Positions 1 to 13,586 of a DNA stretch of 64,000 bases are shown piece by piece. The notes beneath the pieces were generated by a model. It was given only the letters and a program-made list of their open reading frames with translations. It ran no database searches and was not told the DNA's origin. Where the stretch lies: the NCBI GenBank assembly GCA_951406725.2, contig OX597814.1:123628001-123692000 (forward strand), in the 5' to 3' direction. This DNA comes from Octopus vulgaris. Taxonomy: Eukaryota. Position numbers and translations under genes: made by a program. How positions within the stretch are numbered: the first letter of the stretch is position 1; the number at the start of each line of letters is the position of its first letter.

Positions 1-64
1 GCGGACGTTAAATGATGATGATGATGATATCATTTACTAAGTCTTATTACTGTTTATTTCACAG

Positions 65-103
65 ATTGGACCATTCCTTGATGAAGAACACACTGGTATC
101 CAG
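65..103 (+). CDS. POLA2: DNA polymerase alpha subunit B, internal exon (IGPFLDEEHTGIQ)
   Basis: ttcacag acceptor and gtaagt donor; GPFLD motif of the Pol alpha B-subunit phosphoesterase-like domain. The gene continues upstream of the window. Confidence 0.85.
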
Positions 104-974
104 GTAAGTGTTGATTCATTTTAGATCTTGTCAAATATAGAATTTATATATAATGGGTACAGGAGGGGCTGTGTAGCAAGAAGCTTGCTTTCCAACCACA
201 TGGTTCTGGGTTCGGCCCCACTGCCTGGTACCTTGGACAACTGTCCTTTATAGTCTTGGGTCAACCAAAGCCTTGTAAGTGGATTTGGTAGATGGAAACT
301 GAAAGAAGGCCATATATATATATATATATATATATCATATATATATATATATATGTATATATATGAGGATAAAACTTTTCAAAAAAAATCTTATCAGTGG
401 CCAGCATATTAAAATGCCTTTTAAGGTGAAAATTATTAAATATATATATGTTTGTATGTATCTTTGGTGGTGTTTATTTTCTTCTCTTTATTGATGGCCA
501 TTGTTGGTTTGTTTATGTTGCCATAACTCAGTGGTGCAGTGAATGAGTTAAGTACCAAACTTCAAAGAAATAAGTTTTGAGGTCGATTTGTTTGACTAAG
601 CCCTTCAAGGCAGTGCCCCAGCATGGCCACAACCCAGTGAGTGAAACAAGCAAAAGATAAGAAGTAAAAGAAAGATATATATACAAAATAGGCAGAGAAG
701 CAGAGAACTGGTGATCTTGGCAACTTTTCCAAAAAACTGTTGAGATTGAATTTCTGTCGGTTAATGTCTGTGGGGAAAAATGTGGGCCAAGAGATAATTC
801 CAGATTCATGTAGCTCTGTGGATTGTCTTGTGTGGGTTTGGAGCTGAAGTTTTAGTTTATAGAAGCAAGCCATTGTTGTAGTAGTAGTAATAGTAGTAGT
901 AGTAGTAGTAGTAGAGGAATAAAGAGGAATTTGCACTTCTGTTCTTTTCTTACTCTTTTTAAAATAATAATATA

Positions 975-1430
975 TAATGAAATTATTGTATACAGTGCTC
1001 AGGTGCACCACAACTTGTCAAAAAGTTCATATAAAGCATATGCAGTAATGTACAAATGTCTGGAAAGTGAACAGTGTATAAGCCAGATACATGCTTTGTA
1101 TCAAACTTTGTGATCAATGTGGGTTTGTTCTGTTTTCTTTTTTCTTCACATCTCATTTATATTGTAATAATAATAATGAAATTATTGTATACAGTGCTCA
1201 GGTGCACCACAACTTGTTAAAAGTGTGTATAAAGCATATGCAGTAATGTACAAATGTCTGGAAAGTGAACAGTGTATGAGTCAGATATATGCTTGCATGT
1301 GTATGGAGGGGAGAAAATCAGGTGTAGTGTTGGCGAATCTCAGGAAGCGTGGAAGTTTTGAAGGATGCAGTGCTCTGACAACTAACAACTGATGCTGGCA
1401 GTTTGTTCCATGCTTCAGCAACTCTTAGCT
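975..1430 (-). mobile_element. Two tandem 5'-truncated CR1-type 3' ends
   Basis: Both begin aatgaaattattgtatacagtgctcaggtgcaccacaacttg and match 27678-27925. Confidence 0.8.
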
Positions 1431-1778
1431 CCTTTATTTTAGTAATGACTTATCCTTTCTCCCTTTTCGTTATCTTGCTCTCTGTTTCTCACGCTATAGC
1501 TCACCCCCCTCCTCTCTCTCTCTCTCTCTGACTGACTACATCTCATTTCTTTTCTTTCCCTTTATATTTCACCCCCCTCTCTTTCTCTCATTCTCTTTAG
1601 CTGTTTCTCACCATTTCTTTCTCTCTTCTCTGTAGCTATTTGTTATTCTCATACAGCCACACACGGAAACACATACACAAAGAAACATGCATGCACACAC
1701 ACCCTGTGAATTCAATAACATATATAAACGACACCAACTTAATGTTCAACTGTTTAAAATGTTAAACATTTATTACAG

Positions 1779-1849
1779 ACTTTAAAAGATGAGAGTTATG
1801 AAACAATGTTTACTCGAGTTTGTCAAGGAATCAAGGAAATTGCTGAACA
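1779..1849 (+). CDS. POLA2: POLA2 internal exon (TLKDESYETMFTRVCQGIKEIAE)
   Basis: ttacag/gtaagt; 71 nt, phase 0 to 2, joins the flanking exons in frame. Confidence 0.75.
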
Positions 1850-1894
1850 GTAAGTGAACATGTTTACCTCCAATAGACTAAGAGACCCCTACAT

Positions 1895-2516
1895 CAATAG
1901 TTCTCAACCAGGGTCCATATGAGTCTTAGGGGGATCTGTCTAAAATTTTTTTGTTTGTGTGCATAGGCGCAGGAGCGGCTGTGTGGTAAGTAGCTTGCTT
2001 AACAACCACATGGTTCCAGGTTCAGTCCCACTGCGTGGCACCTTGGGCAAGTGTCTTCTACTATAGCCTTGGGCTAACCAAAACTTTGCAAGTGGATTTG
2101 GTAGATGGAAACTGAAAGAAGCCTGTCATATGTGTGTGTTTGTGTTTGTCCCTCCAACATCGCTTGACAACCTATGCTGGTGTGTTTGCATCCCCGTAAC
2201 TTAGTGGTTTGGCAAAAGAAACCGATAGAATAAGTACTAGGCTTACAAAGAATAAGTCCTGGGGTCAATTTGCTCAACTAAAGGCAGTGCTCCAGCATGG
2301 CTGCAGTCAAATGACTGAAACAAGTAAAAGACTAATATATTGGTGATACTTCTACAGTACTTAAAATATTAAAAACATTTTTTTGTACAATTCCTAATAC
2401 CATTTAATTATAAAAATATGATTTTCTTAAATATTGGGATGGCTATGGGGGTCCAGTTGAGTAAGAGAGGAATCAAAGGGGTCCACAGGCAAAAAAGAAA
2501 TTGTTGAGAGCCACTG
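1895..2516. mobile_element. hAT (Charlie-like) MITE interrupted by a SINE
   Basis: TIRs caatagttctcaac / gttgagagccactg; partly matching 8-bp flanks ccctacat/ttttacat; SINE A inserted at 1965-2330. Confidence 0.65.
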
Positions 2517-2720
2517 TTTTACATGGTTATTGAATCTGCTAGAAATAGCAGCTAATTTTCCTTTAACCCTTTCATTACCAACCTGGCTGAAACCGGCTCT
2601 GGCTCTGAGTACAAATGTCTTGTTTTCATAAGTTTTGAATTAAAATCTCCCACCAAACCTTAGTCACAATTTATGTTCCTAACACTAGCTTAATGATAAC
2701 CAAGTTATTTTACTAAATTG

Positions 2721-3177
2721 TAGCCAGTCCACTTATGCATTCCTTTCCTTCTTGGGACACAAAACTCTACTTGTGAAGACCTGTTGAGGCAAGTGAAAAT
2801 CAAAATCGAAATCAAAATCATAATCAATCAACATCAATGGAATTTGTAGCTGTGATACCAGTGCTGGTGGCACGTAAGAGAACCATCCGAACGTGGCTGT
2901 AGCCAGTGCTGCCCTGACTGGCCTCCGTGCCGGTGGCACGTAAAAAGCACCATCCGGTCGTGGCCATTGCCAGCCTCGTCTGGCACCTGTGTCGGTGGCA
3001 CGTAAAAAGCACCCACTACACTTACGGAGTGGTTGGCGTTAGAAAGGGCATCCGGCTGTAGAAACACTGCCAGATCAGACTGGGCCTGGTGCAACCTTCT
3101 GGCTTCCCAGATCCCAGTTGAACCATCCAACCCATGCTAGCATGGAAAGCAGACATTAAACGATGATGATGATGATG
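2721..3177 (+). mobile_element. RTE 3'-UTR repeat (5'-truncated LINE or partner SINE), representative copy
   Basis: Matches 23105-23370 and ends in catgctagcatggaaa..(gat)n. Other copies at ~5160-5433, 5910-6370, 11975-12440, 18590-18975, 37575-37900, 41010-41240, 49880-50366, 50695-51032, 58230-58510, 59175-59350, 60700-61040. Confidence 0.85.
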
Positions 3178-5564
3178 AAAGTAATTGAAAGAAACACAGA
3201 CCATCTCAAAATAAATATGGTAATGAAAGGGTTAAATTATACCTTACTCTGAGTGGCCTGAGCAAAGCATGCCTAACTGTTAGGTAGTTCAGATTAACAA
3301 AGTTCATTATAAAAGTCATAGAAGTTTTTATTTCTTTGCTATGCAAGGAAATAAGGACTTCCATTTTCTGAGGGCCTCTATATACCTCTGTCAGTCAGGA
3401 AACATTGGATGATGTTGTAGATAAACTAGGCCCTAAAAAATGAGTTGGTTGCAGTTGGAATCCCTTTGATCATAGATGATCTCAATCAGAACTGATCTAA
3501 AACTAGACAACAACAAAATATTAGTGATTTAGCCAATGTGTTAAGGAGTTCGAAGAGAGACCAGGAACTGAAAATGTCATGAATTCAAAGTCTAAGAGAG
3601 GCAAGTGCCAGACAGAATGTCTCGCAATATTTTTTAGTACTGTGCAATAACAATGGTTTCTAATATTGGCACAAGGCCAGCAATTTTAGAGGGAGGAGGT
3701 TAGTTGATTACACTGGCCCCAGTACTTGACTATGAAATGATGAAAGCTGACCTCAGAGCAATTTGGACTCAAAATGTTAAAGAGTTGGAAGAAATGCTTC
3801 CAAGCATTTTGTATGTCTTTGCTAATGATTCTGCCTTGTGCTGTGCAGTAGAGTGAAATGCCGAATCCAGAAGCATGTGGCTGTGCAGAAAACTTCTTAA
3901 CTGCCCAACCATTATAACAAACTGACTTCAACTAAGAACAAAGGAAATGTTGGGTTGAGGTGGTGGTGGTTCTCCTTCTTATTTCTTTATTGCCCACAAG
4001 GGGCTAAACATAGAGGGGACAAACGAGGACAGACAAAGGGATTAAGTCGATTACATCAACCCCAATGCATAACTGGTACTTATTTAATCGACTCCGAAAG
4101 GATGAAAGGCAAAGTCGACCTCGGCAGAATTTGAACTCAGAACGTAACGGCAGATGAAATACCTATTTCTTTACTACTCTCAAGGGGCTAAACACAGAGA
4201 GGACAAACAAGGACAGACAAACGAATTAAGTCGAGTATATCGACCCCAGTGCGTAACTGGTACTTATTTAATCAACCCTGAAAGGATGAAAGGCAAAGTC
4301 AACCTCAGCAGAATTTGAACTCAGAATGTAACGGCAGACAAAATATCGCTAAGCATTTTGCCCGGCATGCTAATGTTTCTGCCAGCTCGCCACCTTCTTA
4401 CCATACTGGTCAGTTGAATTCATGTCAGCATGGAAAAATAGACATAAAGTAATGGTGATGATCATGATTTTTTTTTTCACTTTGTTATTACTATTGTTTT
4501 AGTTTATATAACCAATGGTTTAAATTGTTCTATATTTTGAAAGCCTTTTCCACCTGATGTATAATTGTAGATCTACATATTACCTTTCCATATTATCATC
4601 ATCATCACATGTCCATTTTCCATGCTAGCATGGGTTCGATGGCTTGACAGGAACTGGCAAAGGCCAGGGTCTGCACTTGGTTCCATAGTCTGTTTTTGGT
4701 TTGATTTCTAGAGCTAGATGCTCTTCTTAATGCCAACCACTTTATAGAGTGGACTGGGTGCTTTTTTTATGTGGCACCAGCACCTTTACTTAAAACTAGT
4801 CTAATACATAGTTAGACATCTGAATATCACCCCTTTATACCTAAAACCAATGTGGTTCACAGTTATACATTTGGATATCTTGTCTTGTCTTGAGACAGCA
4901 TTCACCTGGGGTGGGTTGAGCTGGCTTCATTCATCCTCAATGCTGCATCACTCACAAATGCCAACCAGGCCTGGCGATTTAAGGCTAATGACCGCGTGAT
5001 CTCCAACCACTCCTTATTCCAGCAGCGAACGCAAGTATATTCCAACAGGAATATACTTGTGACTGGAGACCACTAGCGAACTTCCTATTCCCAAAATCAT
5101 TCAAACATTCCTCATGTACATACATCTGGATATTACCTCATCTTACTCAACTTAATGTCATCATCATCATCATCATCATCGTTTAACGTCCGCTTTCCAT
5201 GCTAGCATGGGTTGGACGGTTCAACTGGGGTCTGGCAAGCCCGAAGGCTGCACACGGCCAGTCAGATCTGGCAGTGTTTCTACAGCTGGATGCCCTTCCT
5301 AACACCAACCACTCTGAGAGTGTAGTGGGTGATTTTATGTGCCACCGACACAGGTGCCAGACGAGGCTGGCAGACGGCCACGCTCGGATGGTGTTTTTTA
5401 TGTGCCACCGACACAGGTGCCAGACGAGGCTGGACTGGATATTGACACTCCATGCCTAAACTTTACCAACATTGTAGTATTGCCATTGAAGATAATGTGA
5501 GAGTTTTTGGTTGTTGGTAATTCTTTAAATTAATAATGGTGTTGTTTGGTGTTTTCTTCTTCAG

Positions 5565-5658
5565 GCTCCGCTGTACCATGGTGTTGGTGCCATCTGCTCG
5601 AGATATCCACAACACACCGATATATCCACAACCACCATTTGAATATGGAGAGAGTGAG
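5565..5658 (+). CDS. POLA2: POLA2 internal exon (LRCTMVLVPSARDIHNTPIYPQPPF..)
   Basis: cttcag/gtaaat; VPSxRD and YPQPPF motifs typical of POLA2. Confidence 0.92.
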
Positions 5659-6950
5659 GTAAATCTAAAATGAAACTGCTTTTATTCCTTTTTATTTGCA
5701 TCAGTTTTATGAAAATGATGATGATGGTGATGATTGTGGTGATATTGATGACCACTATAACCTAAATGGAGATACTGACTATGTCTACCATCATTAGTTG
5801 AAATTCAAGCCTATTTGCTACACATTGCTTCTTTAACTGTTTAGCATTCAGATTACTCTGTCAAATGTAATGCTTATTAACAACAACAACATCATCATCA
5901 CCACCATCATCATCATCGTTTAACGTCCACTTTCCATGCTAGCATGGGTTGGACGATTTGACTGAGGATTGGCGAACCAGATGGCTGCACCAGGCTCCAG
6001 TCTGATCTGGCAGAGTTTCTACAGCTGGGTGCCCTTCTTAACGCCAACCACTCTGAGAGTGTAATCGGTGCTTTTACGTGCCACCAGCACGAGGGCCAGT
6101 CAGGCGGTACTGGCAACGGCTACGCTCAATTGGTGTTTTTTACATGCCACCTGCACAGGAGCCAGTCCAGCGGCACTGGCAATGACCTTGCTTGAATATT
6201 TTTTCATGTGCCATCAGCACAAGTGCCAGTAAGGCGACACTGGTAACGATCACGCTCGAACGGTGCTTTTTACGTGGCACCGGCATGGAATCCAGTTTGA
6301 TGCTCGGATGGTGCTCTTAGCGCTCCACTAACATGGATGCCAGTCATTGAATTTGATTTCGATTTCGATTGTTTTGAATTCATCATCACCATCATTTAGT
6401 GTCCATCTTCCATACTGTCATGCATTGGATGGCAAGCTGGAAGAGGGTACCAAGCCACAGTATCTGTTTTGGCATGGTTTTTATGGCTGGATGCTCTTCC
6501 TAATGCCAACCATTTACAGAGTGGACTGGGTGCATTATTAAAAAAAAATTCTTTAGGAGCCAAAAGAGTCAATGTGATTGCTTGATTGGCTCTAAATGGC
6601 TACTCAATCTTGCTGAATTCTCACTGTATCTTCTTAAAAAGGGAAAGAAACAGGTCTCCTTAAAAATTGACTGAATGGTCACAGCCTGAAAATCTTTGAT
6701 TATAGATCTGCTCAATAAAGGCTGACCTGGAACCAAACAACAACCGATAGAATCTTTATTTTTGAAACAGTTGCACAAATGGTGGGGTATCATAATAGAG
6801 TATGTTCTTCTAATGAGTAACTTGTGGTTTGAGAGTTCCTGGAAGAAAAGGGTACTAACTTTTTCACTGCAAGAATGAAACATGATTGATTAAATTTATT
6901 GATTTTTTTTCTTTGTCCAAATAATTGAAACCCCTTCTTACATGTTTCAG

Positions 6951-7060
6951 TTCATGCATTTTGTAACTGATCCGAGCCTTCTGTCTATTAATGGTGTTGT
7001 GTTTGGGATCACATCCACTGATGTCATCTTCCACATTTGTAACTCTGAATGCTTTGCGAG
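6951..7060 (+). CDS. POLA2: POLA2 internal exon (FMHFVTDPSLLSINGVVFGITSTDVIFHI..)
   Basis: tttcag/gtaagt; DP..INGVxFGxTSTD motif. Confidence 0.92.
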
Positions 7061-7769
7061 GTAAGTACTGTTCACATTCATGTTAACTGTTCAGTTGAAT
7101 ATAACAACACACTTCAGGCCTTAGACATGTGTCGCTTTTAGTTGAGGAGCAGTAAGAATTGAAGGGAGAGGACTCTTAAGCCCAGCCAGTACAGGATGGC
7201 AGAAGCTCTCCAGCTCAATCACTTAGTTGTATGAGAAAGAAAGAAACAAACAAATGGAGATAATGCAGGGAAGAGGATACAAATCTCAGAATACATATAT
7301 AGAGTAGGAAGAGAAAATATGCTGAGCTAGAGAGATTATGCCAAAGCAATGAGTAGCAAGCAAAGTGAAATTCCATTGAGCTGGAGAGCTATGCTGGAGG
7401 GAAAGAAATCTTCAGACAGGTTAGAGAGTAGGAGACAGACAAAACTTTAATGACAATAAATCGAAGCGTTGGCAGCAGGGTGTGGATTTAGTTATCGGCA
7501 GGACCTAACAGATCAGATTCCTGGCTTTGAACTAGCAGGATGCCATGCAGAGGATCTTAAATACAAGATGTTGGATGAAACCTTAATATTCCTAGTTAGA
7601 TGGAAACTGGGACTATATCAAGTAACGTGACTGAAACCCCTGGAAAGGGGCATCCTATGGGATGACCTAGATGAGAGATTAAGTGGGGAAGGATTCCAGT
7701 ATAAAATGTAAGCCTTTGTGTTATTGTAAAAAGCTGAAATAACTAATAAACAATTTGTTTCCTTTTTAG

Positions 7770-7826
7770 CACAAATCCAATGAATCGCTTCAAACGAATC
7801 ATACGCCATTTGTTCTCTCAGCAAAG
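7770..7826 (+). CDS. POLA2: POLA2 internal exon (TNPMNRFKRIIRHLFSQQ)
   Basis: ttttag/gtaatc; phase 2 to 2; matches the DRFxRIxxHILxQ motif. Confidence 0.88.
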
Positions 7827-8747
7827 GTAATCTGGGTTTTAGTTACAATCTCTCTCTCCCTTTTCTCTGTCGGATTTATGACACCATTAATGTTATTACC
7901 ATAATTAATATTTATGCGTGATATTATTGCTCTAATTAATATTACATATGTTGAACATGATATGTTGTATGCTCATGTTAATTTAACAGTTAGCTTTGAA
8001 AATATTCCACTTATACCTTATTTATAATTTTGCTCATGTATTCTTTGCTGATAAAGCACACATACACATTCTGAATCACATTGAAAAGACTCATTTACTT
8101 GATAAGCAAACCTTCATTCAAGGGGAAAGTCTATGCAGCTGCTTACTATGCTAGAAATAGCAGTCAAATCTCTTCTCTTAGAAAAGACATATTGGAGTTA
8201 TATATCACTGCTGATAGAAAGAATCTCTTTCATTGGTTGAAGTTGGTTTTCTATATCTTCACCTCTCCCATATATTTTAGGTGTGTCCCCCACTTTTATA
8301 AACCCTAATTGTGCCTTTATAAATTTACTCCCTCACCTGTTCCTATAAACCCTAGCTGTGCTCTTCACTTATCTGCTATAAATTGTAATTGTACTTCTCA
8401 CCTGTTTTTAATGGGCTTCAGTAACTTACTTTTCATCTTTCCCTTATAAACTTCTGCACTGTCTCATATCATTTATAAAACCCAGCTCTGTTTCTTATCT
8501 GTGCCTTCTTTAAAGCCTTACTCTCACTCTGAATGTCTCTCCAAAAATCTTATCCATAAGCTATCCCTCTTAACAACCATTGAGATTTTCTAGAAACTTT
8601 TCTCTACAGCTTACGGAGATGTACTTGCTTAGCAAGTGACCTGATCTGAGATCGTGTGCTGGAACGAAAACAATTGCAGCGTGGAAGGTGTTTATAAGCC
8701 ATTTAACAAACACAAAAACCGATAGATTCACTTCAACATTTAAATTT

Positions 8748-8803
8748 AATTTGTCAAAATATGTTCGTTGCTTTGAGACTGCAACCTGTTCACTGACAAA
8801 ATT
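8748..8803 (-). ncRNA. Hammerhead-like motif with G3-C8 core variant, probably degenerate
   Basis: Minus strand tttgtca-GTGAACA-g-gttgc..gcaac-GAAC-atat-tt-tgacaaa. Confidence 0.5.
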
Positions 8804-9385
8804 CCGTGCTAGCCTTATTGACCAATATACTTTCTGCCGTAAGTTAACCAGGTTTGCAGCTTATTTCTTCACTCCAGGCAACTCTACTTAAGCTGAACCA
8901 TGGTGTACAAAGATAGTTATCATATCAACTATTTGATCAGTATCTAATGCTGTGGTGGTGATGATGACATCAAGCATGGATGGGATGATTCAACGCCATC
9001 ACATTATCTCCCCACTTATCATCTCATTTGTGAAATTCAGCATCCTAAGATCAATTGTTACCACTTCTGCAGCCTCCTCCCATGTTGGTCAATTTTCATT
9101 GTAAGACATGTTCTTCCATTTAGGTCTCAAAACAGAGTTCCCATTTTAAAGATAGTAGGAAAGTTATTACATTAAACATGTTAAGTGCCTACATATAAAC
9201 TAACTTTGTTTATATCACATGAAATCAATGATTTAGTGGATCTAATTCTTTAGCTCCTGTTTCTCCAGATCTGTTTATCTAACTCCTGACTGAACAAATC
9301 TCTTTCTCCAGTTCTGGTTGTGCAGCTCCAGATTTAACAGACTGATTTTTCCAGATATTTTCACTTAGTTGGTTCTATGTTCTCT

Positions 9386-9614
9386 TTAACCCTTTCATTA
9401 CCAACCTGGCCGAAACCACCTCTGGCTCTGTAGTACAAATGTCTTGTTTTCTTAAGTTTTGAATTAAAATCTTCCACCAAACCTTAGTCACAATTTATGT
9501 TACTAACACTAGCTTAATAGTAACTAAGTTATTTTTCTAAATTCTTTGTTATATTTAAAATAACTGAAAGAAACACAGAGCATCTCAAAATAAATACAGT
9601 AACGAAAAGGTTAA
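9386..9614. mobile_element. piggyBac-like MITE (TTAA flanks, CCCT terminus)
   Basis: ttaa|ccctttcattacc ... gtaacgaaaagg|ttaa; a second copy at 2563-3235 is split by an RTE tail. Confidence 0.8.
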
Positions 9615-9717
9615 TGTTGCAAAATCAAATGTCTTTATCACTACATCTCTCTAAAAGTCATGACCACCACAACAACCAATATCTATACACAAATCACTTT
9701 TGTTCTCTCTTCTCCAG

Positions 9718-9841
9718 CTTCTATCCACTGTATCCATCACATAATGATGTCAGCGTTAGTTTCAGTCATGCAGAAAGTTTTGAACTTCCCACCAAACCTC
9801 ACGTGTTGATCGTGCCATCTCAATTCCGCTATTTTGTTGTG
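9718..9841 (+). CDS. POLA2: POLA2 internal exon (SFYPLYP..PHVLIVPSQFRYFVV)
   Basis: ctccag/gtgagt; YPLYP and PxVLIxPS motifs. Confidence 0.93.
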
Positions 9842-9973
9842 GTGAGTATTGTAGTATTACTGGCTGCAATGGTGTGTGGGTGGTACTTGCTACCATATTA
9901 TTACTGGCTGTAAAGGTGTATGTGTGTGTGTGTGGTACTCAGCGTTGTAGGAGTGTGTCTTGTTGAGTACAGT

Positions 9974-10280
9974 CTTGTCTTGTCTTGTCTTGAGACAACA
10001 TTCACCCGGGGTGGGTTGAGCTGGCTTCATTCATCCTCAATGCTGTATCTCTCACAAACGCCGACCAGACCTGGCGATTTGAGGCTAACAACTGCGTGAT
10101 CTCCAACCACTCCTTATTCCAGCGGCGAACGCTGGAGATATGGGGGGCTAGGTTGGGTTCCAGATCAGCCTTGACTGTCATCAGCCAGGTTTTTTGTTAT
10201 CCACATCGTTTTCGCCAACCCTGAAGGGGAGCTGGGGCAATTGCTTCGTAGATGAATTCTGGTTGACGATGGAGGGCATG
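9974..10280 (-). mobile_element. RTE-like LINE 3' end with (CAAGA)n tail
   Basis: Encodes RRWNKEWLEITQLLASNRQVWSAFVRD; second copy at ~4878-5031. Confidence 0.65.
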
Positions 10281-11284
10281 TTAAGTACAGTATGCCACTA
10301 TAGTGATGTGTGGTGCTGAATACTATTGACTGTAGGGATTTGTGACGTTAGTGTTGCTGGCAAGGAAAATATGTGGTTGAGAACTGCATGTTGTAGGGGT
10401 TTATGGTGGATTTGAGCATATACCACTATCGCCTGTAGGTACATGGTGGTATGTGCTCCCAGTGTATCACTTATAGTAGTGGAGTGTGGTAGAGGCTAAA
10501 ACTAGTTTTGTTCAAGGGTGAGTAGTGAATAATTACAATAGAGTAATAGCATCTGAAAACACTGAGTTTTATGAAAGTGATGAGAAAATAACTGAGATAT
10601 ATGGCACATTGCTGTATTCAAGGAGATTATCCTCTACAACATAAGTGATATCCTAAAACCAGTGCTGTGTAAAAAACATCCAATACACTCTGTAAAGTGT
10701 TTGGTATAGGAAAGACAACCAGCTGTAGGAGCCAAGATGAAACAGACTATGAAATGTGGTGTGGCTCCTGACCTTGCCACCTCCTGTCAAGCTGTCTAAC
10801 CCATGCCAGCATGGAACATAGATGTTAAATGATGATGACAGAGTTGTAAGTAGTAGAAATAATCACAGGTCCAGAAACTGGTGGCTAAGTGATAAATGGC
10901 CATCATACCATTATTCCTGATTGGGAGATGATAGATGAGAATTTAGAAAGTTCTTAAATTACCATCATCGTTAAGGTTTATGGGTCGGGCAGTTTGAAAG
11001 GATACACTGGTTCCAAGGACTGCAGTGTACTCCAGTACATGGTTTCTACAAATGAATGTCCTTAATGCCAACCATGTACAGGGTGCGTTTTTTTTTTGGC
11101 AGCCACACTAGTTATGTCTCTCTGCAGCTCACAACACTATGAACCCAGATAGGATGGAGGCTGGTTTTGTCCTCAGAGATGAGAGAATGAGAATGATCAG
11201 GTTGAGCTGCATAGAGATTATATCTTAGATTTTTGTTTCAAATATACATTAAATGGTTCTGACTATCTTATTTATTAACAAGCA

Positions 11285-11665
11285 TAGGCGCAGGAGTGGC
11301 TGTGTGGTAAGTAGCTTGCTTACAAACCACATGGTTCCGGGTTCAGTCGCACTGCTTGGCACCTTGGGCAAGTGTCTTCTACTATAGCCTCGGGCCAACC
11401 AAAGCCTTTAGTGGATTTGGTAGACAGAAACTGAAAGAAGCCCGTCATATACATGTATATATATATATATACAGACATGTATGTGTTTGTCTCCCCAACA
11501 TCGCTGGTGTGTTTACATCCCTGTAACTTAGCAGTTCGGCAAAAGAGACCAATAGAATAAGTACTAGGCTTACAAAGAATAAGTCCTGGGGTCAATTTGC
11601 TCAACTAAAGGCGGTGCTCCAGCATGACCACAGTCAACTGACTGAAACAAGTAAAAGAGTAAGCA
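11285..11665 (+). mobile_element. tRNA-derived SINE family A, representative full copy
   Basis: A box tggctgtgtgg, B box ggttcagtc, internal (TA/TG)n, tail aaacaagtaaaag. Copies at ~160-312, 1965-2330, 22885-24055, 25483-25855, 28730-29110, 37913-38085, 39058-39445, 46385-46530, 46908-47260, 57835-58200, 61290-61925. Confidence 0.85.
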
Positions 11666-12700
11666 AGAGCTGTACCATTCAGATGATGATTCTACAGTTG
11701 ATTATTATCTTTGCTGCATCATACTTATTCACACCTAAGTAAAGAGGATACACTTCAACCCCATCTTTATCTCTCTCCCCAGCTACTCTCAACCATCTTT
11801 GTATGATGCAGGCTAGCCATGTATTGCCTCTGCAGTAAGCTACTTGTTCCAGTCCCACAGTAGCCTCTCAATATTTGGTACAAAGCCATCTTTCTTTCTA
11901 CTACACCACCTACTCATTTGAGGGGGCTTTTTTTGTGTTGTGAGTTACCTGGTGACCTCACTAGCGCTAGTACCACAAGTGAAATCAAAATCAAATTCGA
12001 TGACTGGTATCCGTGCTAGTGGAGTGCTAAGAGCATCATCTGAGCGTGATCGTTGCCAGAGCAGCCAACTGGCTTCTGTGCCGGAGGCACGTAAAAAACA
12101 CCATTCGAGCGTGATCTTTACCAGCGTCACCTTACTGGCACTTGTGCTGGTGGCACATGAAAAAACATTCGAGTGAGGTTGTTGCCAGTGCCGCTGGACT
12201 GGCTCCTGTGCAGGTGGCACAAAAAAAAAACACCATTTGAGCGTGGCCGTTGCTAGTACCGGTGGCACGTAAAAGTACCCACTACAATCTCAGAGTGGTT
12301 GGCGTTAGGAAGGGCATCCAGCTGTAGAAACTCTGCCAGATCAAGATTGGAGCCTTGTGCAGCCATCTGGTTCGCCAGTCCTCAGTCAAATCATCCAACC
12401 CATGCTAGCATGGAAAGTGGACGTTAAACAATGATGATGATCCAACTGTAGAAACTATGTCAGAGCAGATACTGGAGCTTGATGTATTCTTGCAGGTTGT
12501 TGGATCCTGTTGAATTAACCAACCAATGCCTGTTTGGAAGATGGACATCAAATGATGATGGGTTGGAATAGCTGATAGTCTCTGATTCATACTCATAGCA
12601 TTTCAGGTGACCCAAAGTCAGGTGCCTTTGTAATTTATTGAACTGTGATCCATGAATGATAAATAACTGAGTGAAACTTTTAATATTTTCTTCTTTGCAG

Positions 12701-12850
12701 GATGTGGATGACTGTTGCTGTATCAATCCTGGGAATCTAACCAAACGAGAAGCTGGAGGAACATTTGCTCTTATGAATATTCACAGAAGTAACAATGATC
12801 AAAAAAGTTCTCTTATTTCAGACACTGCCGTCAAAATTATCCGAGTGTAA
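12701..12850 (+). CDS. POLA2: POLA2 last coding exon (DVDDCCCINPGNLTKREAGGTFA..KIIRV*)
   Basis: ttgcag acceptor; CxNPGxLxK..GTFA C-terminal motif; TAA at 12848-12850. Confidence 0.92.
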   Translation, partial: DVDDCCCINPGNLTKREAGGTFALMNIHRSNNDQKSSLISDTAVKIIRV

Positions 12851-13232
12851 ATAAAATAGATGTAAAAGGATTTCATTTTAAAAACAAACATTAAAGATTA
12901 TTATTATTATTGAAAGGTGGCAAGCTTGTAGAATTGTCACTGTGCTGAACAAAATGCTTCACGGACTTTTTTCCGACTCGACGACATGATTTCAATTTCT
13001 ACCAAGGTCGACTTTGCCTTTCATCCTTTCCCACGCCCCTAAATTTGCTGGCCTTGTGCCAAAATTTGAAATTATTATTATTATAACTGAATAAAACAAA
13101 TGAAAGCAATTCCTTATCTCTGTAGTTTAATTATTGTTTATTTCAACCAGAATCCTGTCTACCCTAAACAGATCCTAGTTTTACAAATATATATACAAAA
13201 TTTACAGAAGATGAAGATTGTAAAAGACAATC

Positions 13233-13442
<210 letters not shown>

Positions 13443-13463
13443 TTATTGGTAGAAGTGATTTTA

Positions 13464-13586
<123 letters not shown>

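Noticed and set aside
7110-7700. Possible decayed CR1/L2 LINE coding remnants (also ~21950-22370, 24240-24600, 15530-15890, 50400-50690)
   Set aside because: They look like old LINE fragments but are too degenerate to assign boundaries or clade by eye
11990-12285. CRISPR-like palindromic repeats with spacers (gtgccggtggcacgtaaaaagcacc)
   Set aside because: The spacers are homologous to each other and recur in dispersed copies; there are no cas genes; the context is eukaryotic; the units are part of the RTE 3' UTR
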